Shown here one piece after another: positions 17,936 through 28,405 of a stretch of 64,000 nucleotides of DNA. The notes below the pieces were generated by a model that saw only the letters and a list, made by a program, of their open reading frames with translations, ran no database searches and had not been told where the DNA came from. Source of the DNA: an uncultured Bdellovibrionales bacterium (lineage in GTDB: Bacteria > Patescibacteriota > Minisyncoccia > Moranbacterales > UBA1568); NCBI GenBank assembly GCA_964612055.1, contig CAZTBI010000001.1, positions 292,824 through 356,823 of the forward strand. Direction: 5' to 3'. Each line of letters starts with the position of its first letter. Position 1 is the first letter of the stretch. The translations under genes and the position numbers were made by a program.

Positions 17936-19255
17936 CTACTTGTTTCTGAGCTCGATCTTGTCCTTACCGACAAACGACCGGAGAACTTCCGGCACCCCTA
18001 TGGAACCATCGGCTTCCTGATAGTTTTCCATAATCGCAATGAGCGTTCTTCCAATGGCAAAAGCTGTCGCATCGTTCATATGAGCATACTCAGTTACCCC
18101 TATAGTCCGCTTCACTCGAGTATTGAGACGACGAGCTTGATAGTCAGTCATGAGGTCAGATGTATGTGTTTCTCGGTACTTATCTTGCCCAGGCATAAAA
18201 CATTCGATATCGATCTGCCGAGCATCTGGCACACCCATATCTCCTGTGCAGATCTGCACTACCTGGTACGGTATACCCAGAGATTTCACGAAATACTCCT
18301 GAATAGCCACAAACAGATTCTGCTCTTCGAGCGACTGATCTCCAGTCGTAAACGACTCCATCTCAAGCTTGTCGAACTGATGCAAACGCAGGATCCCCTT
18401 CATGTCTTTGCCATAAGAACCTGCCTCACGACGGAAAGAGGTCGAGTATCCAACATAGCGAAGGGGTAACTCTCTTTCTTCCAGTGTTTCATCCATGTGC
18501 ATGGAGCCAAGCGTATGCTCAGCACTCCCGATCAAATACAAGTCATCTTCAGGTAAATAGTAGCGCTCATCTTTAGGATTGATGCGAGCCATTTTCTCAA
18601 AAGGCTCTGGTTTAATGAAGACAGGCGGCACCACAGGAACAAACGAGGTAGGGGCCACTGAGAGACCAGCGCCCGTAATAATTTCTTGCAACTTTTCGGT
18701 ACTGGTGAGAATAGAGAAGACATACTGAACGAGGGCAAACTGAAGCAAGGCCAAATCTCCCTTCAAATAGGCAAATCTGGCACCACTCACTTTGGCCGCC
18801 CGAGCCGTATCAATCACCCCAAGAGCTTCTCCGAGTTCCCAGTGTTCCTTGGGTTGAAAGGCGAACTCCCGTAACGTCCCTACTTTTCTCAAAACGACAT
18901 TTTCACTCTCGTCTTTCCCTCTTGGCGTATCAGCACTTGGAATATTCGGCACCTGGAGCATCAGCTCATCAAATTCCGTTTTCGTTTTAGTATAAAGAGG
19001 TTCAAGCTCATCCGTCTTCACTTTGATCTCTTTGCCCTTGGCGATGATTTCTGCCCTCTCTTCATCATTCTGCGCCTTTTGAATCAAATCATTGATATCA
19101 TTCTTGAGCGATTTCAATTCCTCCATCTCCTGAAGAAGCTTGATGCGCTCCTGATCTTTAGCGAGTAAGACGTCAATATCAAGAGTTAAGTTCTTGGCCG
19201 CCACTGCCTCTTTGACCACCTCAGCGTTACTTCGGATGAATTGAATATCGAGCAT
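17936..19255 (-). CDS. serS: Serine--tRNA ligase
   Basis: 439 aa. N-terminal coiled-coil arm and class II core motifs (FRxE, GxGxGxxR). Confidence 0.95.
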   Translation of the reverse strand: MLDIQFIRSNAEVVKEAVAAKNLTLDIDVLLAKDQERIKLLQEMEELKSLKNDINDLIQKAQNDEERAEIIAKGKEIKVKTDELEPLYTKTKTEFDELMLQVPNIPSADTPRGKDESENVVLRKVGTLREFAFQPKEHWELGEALGVIDTARAAKVSGARFAYLKGDLALLQFALVQYVFSILTSTEKLQEIITGAGLSVAPTSFVPVVPPVFIKPEPFEKMARINPKDERYYLPEDDLYLIGSAEHTLGSMHMDETLEERELPLRYVGYSTSFRREAGSYGKDMKGILRLHQFDKLEMESFTTGDQSLEEQNLFVAIQEYFVKSLGIPYQVVQICTGDMGVPDARQIDIECFMPGQDKYRETHTSDLMTDYQARRLNTRVKRTIGVTEYAHMNDATAFAIGRTLIAIMENYQEADGSIGVPEVLRSFVGKDKIELRNK

Positions 19256-19325
19256 AATGTAAGATTGAGTATTTTGTGTGGATGATACTGGACTCCCCTC
19301 CCGAGGCGGGCAAGGAACCAGTGAA

Positions 19326-19399
19326 ATTTTCCTAGTGGTCGCACCTGGACTCGAACCAGGGACCTCTGCAATGTGAATGCAGCATTCTAACCAACTGAA
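19326..19399 (-). tRNA. tRNA-Val (anticodon CAC), no encoded CCA
   Basis: Reverse complement GGTCGCATAGTTCAGTTGGTTAGAATGCTGCATTCACATTGCAGAGGTCCCTGGTTCGAGTCCAGGTGCGACCA. All four stems pair. Anticodon loop TTCACAT. Discriminator A73. Confidence 0.85.
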
Positions 19400-19425
19400 C
19401 TATGCGACCAAATTTTTAATCATCC

Positions 19426-20907
19426 CTATTCCTTGTCCTTCATTGGTGGGAAGATAACAGTCTCACGCACAGAACGGTTCATGAGAATAGCAAACAATCG
19501 TTCACTCATACCAAAACCACAGGCTGGTGGCATGCCGTACTCGAGCGCCTGGATGAAGTCCTCGTCCAGCATCATTCCTTCCTTATCGCCAGCATCACGA
19601 AGCTTCATCTGTTCCTCGAAGCGAGCACGTTGATCTATCGGGTCATTGAGCTCAGCAAAGCCATTTCCAAGCTCGCTTTTCCCCGCTACCGGCTGAAAAC
19701 GAAGCGTACGGCGTGGATTCTTGGGATCAACCTTAGCGAGTGGCGATACTTCCAATGGGTGCCCAACCAAGAAACATGGTTGGATCAACTTCTGACGCAC
19801 TGTTTTCTTGTAGATGGTATCAATCATGCGGCCTTTACCGTAGCTTTTCTCATATCTGATACCAAGCTCATCTGCCTTTTTCTTCAACTCTTCAACACTC
19901 ACCTCCTCTGAAAGATCAATACCAATTTCTTTTTTGAATTCGGTGAAATAATCAACACGCGGAAAAGCCACATTCCAGTTGATCGTCTCGCCCTCGTGTT
20001 CCGTTGTCATGGATTCACCAACCACAGCTCGGACGATGTCTTTGTACAGCCGCTCCACCAATTCCATCCCCTGCTCCATATTCATATAGGCAGCATAGAA
20101 TTCCATGTGATCAAATTCTTGCAAATGCTCGCGATCGATCCCTTCGTTACGAAACACACGACCAATTTCGAACACGCGCTCGTAGCCACCAACCAAGAGA
20201 CGTTTGAGCGCTAATTCGAGGGAGATGCGAAGGTAAAAGTCAGCATCAAGAGCGTTGTGATGCGTCACAAATGGCTCAGCTTCAGCTCCGCCTGGGATAT
20301 GTTCCAATACCGGAGTCTGTACTTCAAGAAAATCTTTTTCCGAAAGCACACGGCGCACTGTCTGCCAAAAAGCATTTTTCTTCACAAACAGCTCTCGTGT
20401 TTCTCCATTCATCAAAAGGTCAAGGTAACGCCGGCGCAAAAGCTCTTCTTCATCTTTCAAACCATAGAATTCCGTCGGGATAGGACGAAGCGATTTCGAG
20501 AGCATCTGCCACTTTTCAACCCGAACACTTTTTTCATTCTGTTTAGTTAAAAACACAGTACCAGTCACTGCGATGAAGTCACCAAGATCGACTGTTTCTT
20601 TGAAAAGCTTGAATTGACTATCATCAGCAGGAGTATCAACAGGTGCCATCATTTCCGCTGAAAAAAATCCTTGAACTTTACCAGTACCATCCTCGATGTG
20701 ACAGAAGGCAATTTTTCCCATCACTCGAAGGGATTTGACTCGACCCACAATTGAAACTTGGGTATCAGAACCATTCAAAGTATCAAATTGTTCCAATACC
20801 TCATGAGTAGCATGAGTTCGCGATACCGTTTCCGGATATGCTGTCCCAAAAGCTTCAGTAAGCTTGGTCAATTTCTCTAATTTTGTCGTCAAAATATCTT
20901 CACGCAT
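19426..20907 (-). CDS. lysS: Lysine--tRNA ligase (class II)
   Basis: 493 aa. OB anticodon-binding domain plus class II catalytic core (FRNEG, GxGxDR-like motifs). Confidence 0.95.
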   Translation of the reverse strand: MREDILTTKLEKLTKLTEAFGTAYPETVSRTHATHEVLEQFDTLNGSDTQVSIVGRVKSLRVMGKIAFCHIEDGTGKVQGFFSAEMMAPVDTPADDSQFKLFKETVDLGDFIAVTGTVFLTKQNEKSVRVEKWQMLSKSLRPIPTEFYGLKDEEELLRRRYLDLLMNGETRELFVKKNAFWQTVRRVLSEKDFLEVQTPVLEHIPGGAEAEPFVTHHNALDADFYLRISLELALKRLLVGGYERVFEIGRVFRNEGIDREHLQEFDHMEFYAAYMNMEQGMELVERLYKDIVRAVVGESMTTEHEGETINWNVAFPRVDYFTEFKKEIGIDLSEEVSVEELKKKADELGIRYEKSYGKGRMIDTIYKKTVRQKLIQPCFLVGHPLEVSPLAKVDPKNPRRTLRFQPVAGKSELGNGFAELNDPIDQRARFEEQMKLRDAGDKEGMMLDEDFIQALEYGMPPACGFGMSERLFAILMNRSVRETVIFPPMKDKE

Positions 20908-21011
20908 ATGGTCACATTGTAGCTTCTCCTAAAGCAAAAGACAAGCCCGCCTGCAACGCTATGCGTAGCATTGCGGGCAAGAAACCCTCAAGATAATGAC
21001 TCTTGTCATAA

Positions 21012-21040
21012 TAAAGAAAAACCCCGGATTTTCCAGGGTT
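21012..21040 (-). terminator. Rho-independent terminator after greA
   Basis: AACCCTGG-AAAAT-CCGGGGTT followed by TTTTTCTTTAT on the minus strand. Confidence 0.6.
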
Positions 21041-21066
21041 CCTCGATTTCGTATTACAGTGCAAAT

Positions 21067-21522
21067 CTAGTGCACCGAAAGAATCTCGTACTTCATAGTC
21101 GCAGCAGGCGTCGCCACCTCTACCTTTTCGCCCTTACTCTTCCCGAGAAAAGCTTGGCCCAGAGGTGATTCGTTGGAAATCTTCCCTGCTGCTGGATCGA
21201 CTTCATTGGAACCAACAATTTCGAAATTGAATTCTTTGCTCCCAACTTTTACGGAAAGCTTCGAACCCATGCCAACGGTCGATGAACCCTTGTGCTTGGC
21301 AGCCACGACAGAGTCCTTGAGCATACCTTCGAGCTCCGCAATGCGGGATTCGTTTTCATTCTGATGATGCTTGGCCTCAGTGTATTCAGCGTTTTCTGAA
21401 AGATCGCCTTGTTCCTTCGCCTCCTTGATCGCTTCTGCGATTTCGTGACGAATCTTACTCTTACGCTCCTCAAGCTCTGTCTGAAGCTTCTTGAGACCTT
21501 CTTCGGTGAAAATCTTTGCCAT
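21067..21522 (-). CDS. greA: Transcription elongation factor GreA
   Basis: 151 aa. N-terminal coiled coil with a conserved acidic tip (DLSENAEY) and a C-terminal FKBP-like domain. Confidence 0.9.
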   Translation of the reverse strand: MAKIFTEEGLKKLQTELEERKSKIRHEIAEAIKEAKEQGDLSENAEYTEAKHHQNENESRIAELEGMLKDSVVAAKHKGSSTVGMGSKLSVKVGSKEFNFEIVGSNEVDPAAGKISNESPLGQAFLGKSKGEKVEVATPAATMKYEILSVH

Positions 21523-21648
21523 GGCTGTATATTTACAAAAGAAAACTCCTATCCCAGAGGAAAGAAGAAAAATTGATTTATGAGTTCCTCAATAGTACCA
21601 AAATCGAAAGAATTGTCAATCCCTCAATTATTGGCTTTTTAGAGGCAT

Positions 21649-23541
21649 TTATTGGCCATCTTTTCGAGAAAAATACCACTGATAGACCTCTTTGGTCACT
21701 GGAACAGCATTGTATCCCTCTTCCCCCTGTCCCTCTACCAGGACGATCATAGCAAGCTTTGGGTCTTCGTACGGCGCGAAAGAGACGAACCAACCATGGG
21801 TTTGATTATTACTCCCGAACTGAGCCGTCCCTGTCTTGCCAGCTACCGCTACCGGGAGATCCTTAAGCGGCTGGGCCGTCCCTTCGGTAATCGTTTCACG
21901 CATCCCTTCACGGACAATACGGAGAATGTCAGGACTGACGAATCCCTGACGGATAACTTTCGGCTGAAGAGCCGTCACCTTGCCATCAGAAGCGCGAATC
22001 TGCGAAACAATCTGTGGACTATACAAGGTTCCACCATTCGCAATAGCAGCCACAGAGTTCAGCACTTGAAGTGGGGTAGCCGTGACAAATCCCTGACCGA
22101 TAGCGGCATGATAGTCATCACCAATATACCAACGCTCACCAATTTTTTCTTTTTTCCATGCCGCATCAGGAATAAGACCTTCTGCCTCGCCCAAAAGATC
22201 AATACCTGTCTTTTCTCCGTATCCGAAGAGTTCTTCATACTTTTTCATACGATCCATGCCGAGACCCCGGATATTTCCGTAACCACCACCGACTGTATAG
22301 AAAAAGACGTCGCTCGACACGGCAATGGCACGTCTGATATCGGTAAAACCGTGAGCCTTCCAGTCACCAAAAAAGAAGTTGCCGATACTAATACCACCAC
22401 GACTTTCTATCTGGGTGTGTTCATCGACTATTCCTTCGGTCAATGCTGCCGCTGCCAAAACCGGCTTGATAGTCGAACCAGGTGGGTATTCCCCAGAAAC
22501 AACACGGTTAAAAAGTGGCTCTGAAGGATCATTGATAAGATTTCTGTACTCCTCACCTGATATGCCAGAAGCAAAAAGATTGTTATCGAAACTCGGCAAA
22601 CTCACCAGAGCCCGCACCGCGCCACTTCTTGGGTCGAGAGCCACCGCTGCCGCGCGTTTGAGACTGTTTTTTTCCAAAATCTCCTGCAGACTATCAAAAA
22701 GTTTCTTCTGAAGATCGGCGTCGATGTTCAAAATAAGATCCTGCCCAGGGGTAGGCTGTACCATCCCAAGGTCCTTTTTTACCTGACCAAAGGCATCCAC
22801 CTCTACTCGCTGGAAGCCATGCTTTCCGCGAAGCGCTGATTCATAACTCTTTTCGATTCCCTGCTTTCCGATAGAGTCCGTGAGTAGATAGTCCGGATGT
22901 GCTGCCAGTTCTTCCTTGCGGATCTTTCCTTCGTACCCGAGAATATGAGAAAAAATGAGGCTATCAACATAGTTACGCTGGGTAGTTTTGTAGAGACTAG
23001 CGCCGGGTAGATCTCGGCTCCGGCTCAGGAAAAGAAGTGTCTCTTCCTGGCTGATCCGCTCCTTGAGCAATACCGGTAGAGTCGAGCGCTGATCAATTTT
23101 CTCAAAAGCCTCATGAAGAATGGCTTCGTCCAAAGAAAATGTCACTCCCAGGAGACGCTTCATGACTTCTTGTTTCTCCCCATCTTCAGGAACATCAGCC
23201 GGAATGAGTACCACATCCATACTGGGAACATTGTGGACCAGCGGTTTACCGGAAATATCGTACATGATGCCACGCGGTGCCGGGATAATGACCGCTCGTA
23301 AACTGTTGCGGAGTGCTGTCGCCCGATACTCACTTCCTTTTATGACACTCAAATAAAAAACCCGACCGCCAAGGACGATGAGGAGGAGGAACATGCCAAA
23401 GAAAAACCAGAGTGAGATATTCCGATTGAGCGGCCACTCCATTTTAGCCGCATCTTTTTCGGTCACCGTCAAAACAGCATCATCAATTTCTATACCGCCT
23501 TTTCTATGGAGAAATATTCCTTTGCGAATAAAGATACCCAT
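21649..23541 (-). CDS. mrdA: Penicillin-binding protein 2 (elongasome transpeptidase)
   Basis: 630 aa. N-terminal TM. Dimerisation domain. Transpeptidase motifs STIK, SSD, KTGT. Adjacent to mreBCD. Confidence 0.9.
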   Translation of the reverse strand: MGIFIRKGIFLHRKGGIEIDDAVLTVTEKDAAKMEWPLNRNISLWFFFGMFLLLIVLGGRVFYLSVIKGSEYRATALRNSLRAVIIPAPRGIMYDISGKPLVHNVPSMDVVLIPADVPEDGEKQEVMKRLLGVTFSLDEAILHEAFEKIDQRSTLPVLLKERISQEETLLFLSRSRDLPGASLYKTTQRNYVDSLIFSHILGYEGKIRKEELAAHPDYLLTDSIGKQGIEKSYESALRGKHGFQRVEVDAFGQVKKDLGMVQPTPGQDLILNIDADLQKKLFDSLQEILEKNSLKRAAAVALDPRSGAVRALVSLPSFDNNLFASGISGEEYRNLINDPSEPLFNRVVSGEYPPGSTIKPVLAAAALTEGIVDEHTQIESRGGISIGNFFFGDWKAHGFTDIRRAIAVSSDVFFYTVGGGYGNIRGLGMDRMKKYEELFGYGEKTGIDLLGEAEGLIPDAAWKKEKIGERWYIGDDYHAAIGQGFVTATPLQVLNSVAAIANGGTLYSPQIVSQIRASDGKVTALQPKVIRQGFVSPDILRIVREGMRETITEGTAQPLKDLPVAVAGKTGTAQFGSNNQTHGWFVSFAPYEDPKLAMIVLVEGQGEEGYNAVPVTKEVYQWYFSRKDGQ

Positions 23542-23550
23542 AAGAAATAC

Positions 23551-24093
23551 TTAGCGTACATTACGGAATTGTCGCTGACTCATGAGATCGAGGCGCGCTT
23601 CGACATACTGCACGGAAAAATACGTACCCACAAAAAGTGGCAACATGCCTATCAATGAAAAAATAAGGCTTTCCACCGATGGAATCAGTGCTGAAGAGAA
23701 GAGGGCGTTTGCGCTACTCTGATTATAGACGAAAGTGGAGAAAAAACTCTGATATAAAAGTGCTCCCCCGTAGGCTACCAATCCATAGAGACCGAGACCT
23801 AAGCCACGATGCTCGATGAGGAGGCGTCGCGAGAGAAAGCTGGTTCCATAGGCAAAAACCGTGGCATAGAGAGAAAACCAGGTCACCGCTCCGAGAGAGG
23901 CGGCATCAAAAAGCAGCGAGAGTGGCAGCGTCATAAAGAGAGTACTAGGAAAGCCTCGCACCAGAGTAAAGGCCACGATAACCCCCAAAAGGAAGAGTGG
24001 CGCCCGAAACCAGGGAAAGAGAATATCAAAAAAAGAAATCTGAAGAAAAACCAGGAACAAGAGAACAAGGAGACGGAGAAAAAATATCTTCAT
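23551..24093 (-). CDS. mreD: Rod shape-determining protein MreD
   Basis: 180 aa polytopic membrane protein immediately downstream of mreC. A 4-nt overlap supports translational coupling. Confidence 0.7.
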   Translation of the reverse strand: MKIFFLRLLVLLFLVFLQISFFDILFPWFRAPLFLLGVIVAFTLVRGFPSTLFMTLPLSLLFDAASLGAVTWFSLYATVFAYGTSFLSRRLLIEHRGLGLGLYGLVAYGGALLYQSFFSTFVYNQSSANALFSSALIPSVESLIFSLIGMLPLFVGTYFSVQYVEARLDLMSQRQFRNVR

Positions 24094-24914
24094 GGCGAGA
24101 GAGGATTTTTGATAATAAAAACGTAGCGGAGTGATCCAAAGTCAACAGGAGAAATGACTGAAGCTTGTTGATACAAGTGGTCTGGAGAAAGACGTGTTTC
24201 CTGCAAAGTTCCTATGAGCAAATTTTTCGGAAATTCTCCCCCCAAACCAGAGGTCACGAGGTGATCAGAAGACTTAAGCGTCGTATCCTGGAGTACCATG
24301 TCAAAAAGTATCCCAAGACCATACTCGCCCTTCACGCTTCCTTGGGCGCCGTTTTCAACTGTCACACCAGAGAGCACGCTTTCCGGATGCGTGAGGAGCA
24401 TCACTCGGGAACTTTCCGGGAATACCTCTGAAATCTGCCCCACCAATACACTTCCATAGACAATCACCGGCATCCCCCGCTCTATACCCTGAAGCGCCCC
24501 CTGATCGACCGTGAGCCAATTTCCCAGACCAGCGGCATCACGACCAATCACTTCGGCCGCCCCTAAACGAAACGCCTTTCTTGGAAGCAGCTCAAGTTCC
24601 TTACGCAGCTCTTCATTTTCTTTCGACACTTCTTGCAATTTCACACCCTCCCCTTTGAGACGAATATTTTCCTGTATCAAATGTTCATTATCACGCTTGA
24701 GGTCACCGATAGAAACAAAGAAATGAACGGTATCGCGAATTTCAAAAGCTATTGAAGAGAATATTCCTTGCACCGGCCAAGCCAAAGTAGCGATCACTAC
24801 CCGGAGCGGCTCCATGATAAAACGTGGCTGAAAGATGATACAGAACAAGAGTAAGGCCGAGACAATAAATGCCCGAAAAAATTTTGTTTGAGTAAATTTT
24901 CGCCGGAACGCCAT
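24090..24914 (-). CDS. mreC: Rod shape-determining protein MreC
   Basis: N-terminal TM. Coiled-coil (QENIRLKGEG...ELRKELELL) and C-terminal beta domains. Confidence 0.85.
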   Translation of the reverse strand: MAFRRKFTQTKFFRAFIVSALLLFCIIFQPRFIMEPLRVVIATLAWPVQGIFSSIAFEIRDTVHFFVSIGDLKRDNEHLIQENIRLKGEGVKLQEVSKENEELRKELELLPRKAFRLGAAEVIGRDAAGLGNWLTVDQGALQGIERGMPVIVYGSVLVGQISEVFPESSRVMLLTHPESVLSGVTVENGAQGSVKGEYGLGILFDMVLQDTTLKSSDHLVTSGLGGEFPKNLLIGTLQETRLSPDHLYQQASVISPVDFGSLRYVFIIKNPLSP

Positions 24915-24980
24915 AAAAAAACATATAACAATCAGCAGCGAACAAAGAACGAGTACCGAATGTTCATCTTCTTCGAAACT

Positions 24981-26075
24981 CTAGCCCAGTGGTTTGTTCG
25001 GCTCCTCTTCGATCAGTACTTCTTTCAGACTTTCCATATCATCCAAAACAATACCGGTACCTCGCACCACCGCAGTCAGCGGATCTTCCATCATACGCAC
25101 CGGAATACCTGTTTGATTGGCAATCAACTTGTCGAGTCCACGAATCAGACTCCCGCCCCCTGCCAGAATAATACCGCGCTGCATGACATCTGCCAAAAGT
25201 TCTGGCGGCGTTTCTTCAACGATGGTTTTTATATTATTCACAATGATACGAATCGAACGTGACAGCGCCTCACGGATATGCTCATCATTTGCAATAACTT
25301 CTTTCGGCAATCCCGATACCAAGTCACGGCCACGGAGCGGAAAAGAGAGTCGTTCACGTTGCGGATAGGCACTGCCGATAGCAATCTTGGCCTCTTCGGC
25401 GGTACGCTCGCCAATCAAGATATTAAATTCGTCACGACTATACCGCACGATATCCTCGTTCATTTCGTCACCAGCAATACGCAAGCTACGTGAAATGACG
25501 ACCCCGCCAAGCGAAATCACTGCGATCTCCGTGGTACCACCGCCGATATCAACCACCATGTTGCCGGCTGCTTCGATAACAGGCAGACGAGCACCGATAG
25601 CCGCTGCCATTGGTTCATCAATAAGAAATGCCTGCCTGGCACCGGCATTCATCGCCGCTTCGATTACGGCGCGCTTCTCTACCTCGGTCACACCAGAAGG
25701 GATACCGATCAGTACTCGTGGGCGACGCAAAAAAGCAAAGCTTTCCTGATTCACTTTGTTAATAAAATAGCGAAGCATCTGCTCAGTCACTTCGAAGTCG
25801 CTGATGACGCCATCGACCAGCGGTCGAGTAGCGACAATATGACCCGGGGTCTTGCCGACCATCTTCTTAGCTTCGCGCCCAATGGCCAAAATCTGCCCGG
25901 TACGCTGGTTGATCGCTACCACTGAGGGCTCGTTGATCACGATACCTTTACCACGGACATAAACGAGCGTATTCGCCGTTCCCAAATCAATGCCGATATC
26001 CTGAGACAAATGGCTAAAAAACCTATCAATAAGGCTTTTTTGGATATTTTTAACGATGCGCTCCAGGCTCGACAT
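24981..26075 (-). CDS. mreB: Rod shape-determining protein MreB (actin homologue)
   Basis: 364 aa. Actin-fold phosphate 1/2 motifs (IGIDLGTANT, DIGGGTT). Confidence 0.95.
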   Translation of the reverse strand: MSSLERIVKNIQKSLIDRFFSHLSQDIGIDLGTANTLVYVRGKGIVINEPSVVAINQRTGQILAIGREAKKMVGKTPGHIVATRPLVDGVISDFEVTEQMLRYFINKVNQESFAFLRRPRVLIGIPSGVTEVEKRAVIEAAMNAGARQAFLIDEPMAAAIGARLPVIEAAGNMVVDIGGGTTEIAVISLGGVVISRSLRIAGDEMNEDIVRYSRDEFNILIGERTAEEAKIAIGSAYPQRERLSFPLRGRDLVSGLPKEVIANDEHIREALSRSIRIIVNNIKTIVEETPPELLADVMQRGIILAGGGSLIRGLDKLIANQTGIPVRMMEDPLTAVVRGTGIVLDDMESLKEVLIEEEPNKPLG

Positions 26076-26168
26076 AGAGGGAAAATGTGTTTTAGAGAAT
26101 ACAAAAACAGGACATCCCCCATTCTATCCCATTCTGAAGAATTTTTCCAGTGAGCGACTTTCGACCGT

Positions 26169-27500
26169 TTACGGGGTCAAACGCTTGACGTCACGGGGGT
26201 AGAGAACCGCCTCTTTGATACTACTCAGACCAAGAATCTTTTGAATGATACGCTCAGAACCCAATCCCCAGCCACCATGCTTCGGCGCACCGTAACGGAA
26301 GATATCAATGTAATGTTTGAAATCATCAGGGTTGAGACCTTTTTTCTTAATATTCTCAATAAGCTGATCCGGCTTGTGAATGCGCTGCCCACCGGAAGCA
26401 ATCTCGATACCACGGAAAAGTAGGTCGAATGTTTCCGTATACTTTGGATCATCAGTACTTGGCATACTATAAAATGGTCGCAAATGAACCGGATAGTGTG
26501 TCAAGAAAACCAAATCTGACCCATATGTTTTCTGTACATACTCACAGATCATGCGCTCTCCTTCGCCATCGATATCCTCATTCTCAACTTCTTTGCCGTA
26601 CTCTTTTTTGAGAATATCCAGAGCTTCAGAAAGTCGGATGCGCGGGATCGACACCGCTTCAGGTACGGTTGCCCCGTAACGACCAAGCTGCGCCTGGCAA
26701 CGCTCACCGATCCGTGCAAACATATGCTGCATGGTTTTTTCCAATTCTGCCATTACGTCTTCAACAGAATCAATAAATCCCATTTCGGCATCAAGACCTG
26801 TGTATTCGTTGACGTGGCGAGTCGTGAAATGCGGTTCAGCACGAAAGACGGTTCCAATCTCAAACACCCGTTCAAAAACACTCATACCAGCCTGCTTGTA
26901 AAACTGCGGGCTCTGTGCCAAGAAAGCATCGCGATCAAAATACTTGATCTTGAAAAAGTTGGCGCCACCCTCAGTAGCTGCATCAAGAATCTTTGGTGTT
27001 TTGATTTCAACAAAGCCGTCACCTCGCATAGCTTCATCATAGGAAGCTAAAAGCTCAGAATACATCTCAAAAATTGCCCGTACCTTATCGTGACGAAGTG
27101 TGATGGTACGATTATTGAGTAACGTCTCAAGGTTCAAATTGATATCGGGAGAAGAAATCTCCAATGGCAACTCACCCTCTGGCTTCCCAAGTACTACAAC
27201 GCTCGCCACCTCTATCTCTACTCCTCCGGTAGCTGAACCCTCTTTCTGAGCCTTACCAGGACGCTCCTTCACTAAACCTTCCACCTCTACAATATATTCG
27301 CTGCGCACTTCTTTGGCTGCTTCAATAGCGGCAGCGTTTTCCGGTAATACCACGAGCTGCACTTTACCAGATCGGTCACGGAGTTCGATAAAAATCAACT
27401 TTCCATGATCACGCCTAATATGTACAAAGCCACAAAGCTTCACCTGTTCTCCGACGTGTTCTGGTGTTTCGCTGATCAGTGTTCGTTTCATAGTATTCAT
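26169..27500 (-). CDS. aspS: Aspartate--tRNA ligase, archaeal/eukaryotic type (possibly non-discriminating)
   Basis: 443 aa. QSPQFYKQ and FRAEPHFTTRHVNEYTGLDAEM motifs match type-2 AspRS rather than AsnRS. No GAD insertion. Confidence 0.8.
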   Translation of the reverse strand: MNTMKRTLISETPEHVGEQVKLCGFVHIRRDHGKLIFIELRDRSGKVQLVVLPENAAAIEAAKEVRSEYIVEVEGLVKERPGKAQKEGSATGGVEIEVASVVVLGKPEGELPLEISSPDINLNLETLLNNRTITLRHDKVRAIFEMYSELLASYDEAMRGDGFVEIKTPKILDAATEGGANFFKIKYFDRDAFLAQSPQFYKQAGMSVFERVFEIGTVFRAEPHFTTRHVNEYTGLDAEMGFIDSVEDVMAELEKTMQHMFARIGERCQAQLGRYGATVPEAVSIPRIRLSEALDILKKEYGKEVENEDIDGEGERMICEYVQKTYGSDLVFLTHYPVHLRPFYSMPSTDDPKYTETFDLLFRGIEIASGGQRIHKPDQLIENIKKKGLNPDDFKHYIDIFRYGAPKHGGWGLGSERIIQKILGLSSIKEAVLYPRDVKRLTP

Positions 27501-27516
27501 CTATTATTCATTACTC

Positions 27517-28341
27517 TCATTTCTTGGCTTGTTCTGACTGGAAGTAGTCATTGACCGCGTAGGTTAATTCACTTGGCGTAATCTCGGTCTTGAGAAATGC
27601 CTGCGTCACGATACCGGCATCGGTCAGCACCTTGACACTCTCATCCTCAATTGACACTGAAGCAGAAAGAAGAAAGATAGGAACATTTTTCCCCGCCTCT
27701 GTATCCTTGAGACGACTGATAAATTCCCTGCCATCCATATTCGACATCATGACATCGGTGATAATGAGATCGAACTGCTCCTTGAGCGCTGCTTCGAGTC
27801 CGAGAGCACCATCTTTCTCTGTTCTCACTTCGTAGCCCTCATTCTTCAAACGTTTGCTGAACATTTCTACGAAGACAGGCTCGTCCTCTATAAGGAGGAG
27901 TTTTTTGCCAAGACTCACTTTCTCTTCTGGAACCTTCTCTTCATTGGCTAAATTCTTGTCCTGCTCACTAAACTGACGGAGAAAGCGCTCAATCTCGCCA
28001 ACCACCTCAGAAGGTGAGAATTCTGTTTTTGAAATAAAACCATTGGCACCAAGGCTCAGCACCTCTTCGCGATCTTCGTTACTACTTAAATTACTAAATA
28101 CCACTATCTTGATATTCGGATCGTACTCCTTGTTATGACGAAGTTCTCGCAGCACCTCCGTACCACTCATTTCTGGTAGTACCAAATCAAGAAGTACGAG
28201 ATCAAAAGATTGTTCCTTCAACTCTTTCAAAACTGCTTTGCCGGAAGTAACATTTATTGTTTCGAAACCAGAAGTTTCGAGCTTCTTTTTATAAATTTCT
28301 GCAATAAACGGATCATCTTCAACGAGCAGAATCTTGGACAT
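27517..28341 (-). CDS. Response regulator with two tandem receiver (REC) domains, no output domain
   Basis: Two DD...D...K receiver signatures (LLVEDD..LLDLVLP; LLLIEDE..IITDVMM). Confidence 0.85.
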   Translation of the reverse strand: MSKILLVEDDPFIAEIYKKKLETSGFETINVTSGKAVLKELKEQSFDLVLLDLVLPEMSGTEVLRELRHNKEYDPNIKIVVFSNLSSNEDREEVLSLGANGFISKTEFSPSEVVGEIERFLRQFSEQDKNLANEEKVPEEKVSLGKKLLLIEDEPVFVEMFSKRLKNEGYEVRTEKDGALGLEAALKEQFDLIITDVMMSNMDGREFISRLKDTEAGKNVPIFLLSASVSIEDESVKVLTDAGIVTQAFLKTEITPSELTYAVNDYFQSEQAKK

Positions 28342-28405
28342 AAAGGTTTGGGGTGATTATGAATCAAATCCACGATACCAGAGAATAGACCGAGAATCAA
28401 TGCTC

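Noticed and set aside
21652-22524. 290-aa plus-strand ORF within PBP2
   Set aside because: It is antisense to mrdA, which carries clear STIK/SSD/KTGT motifs.
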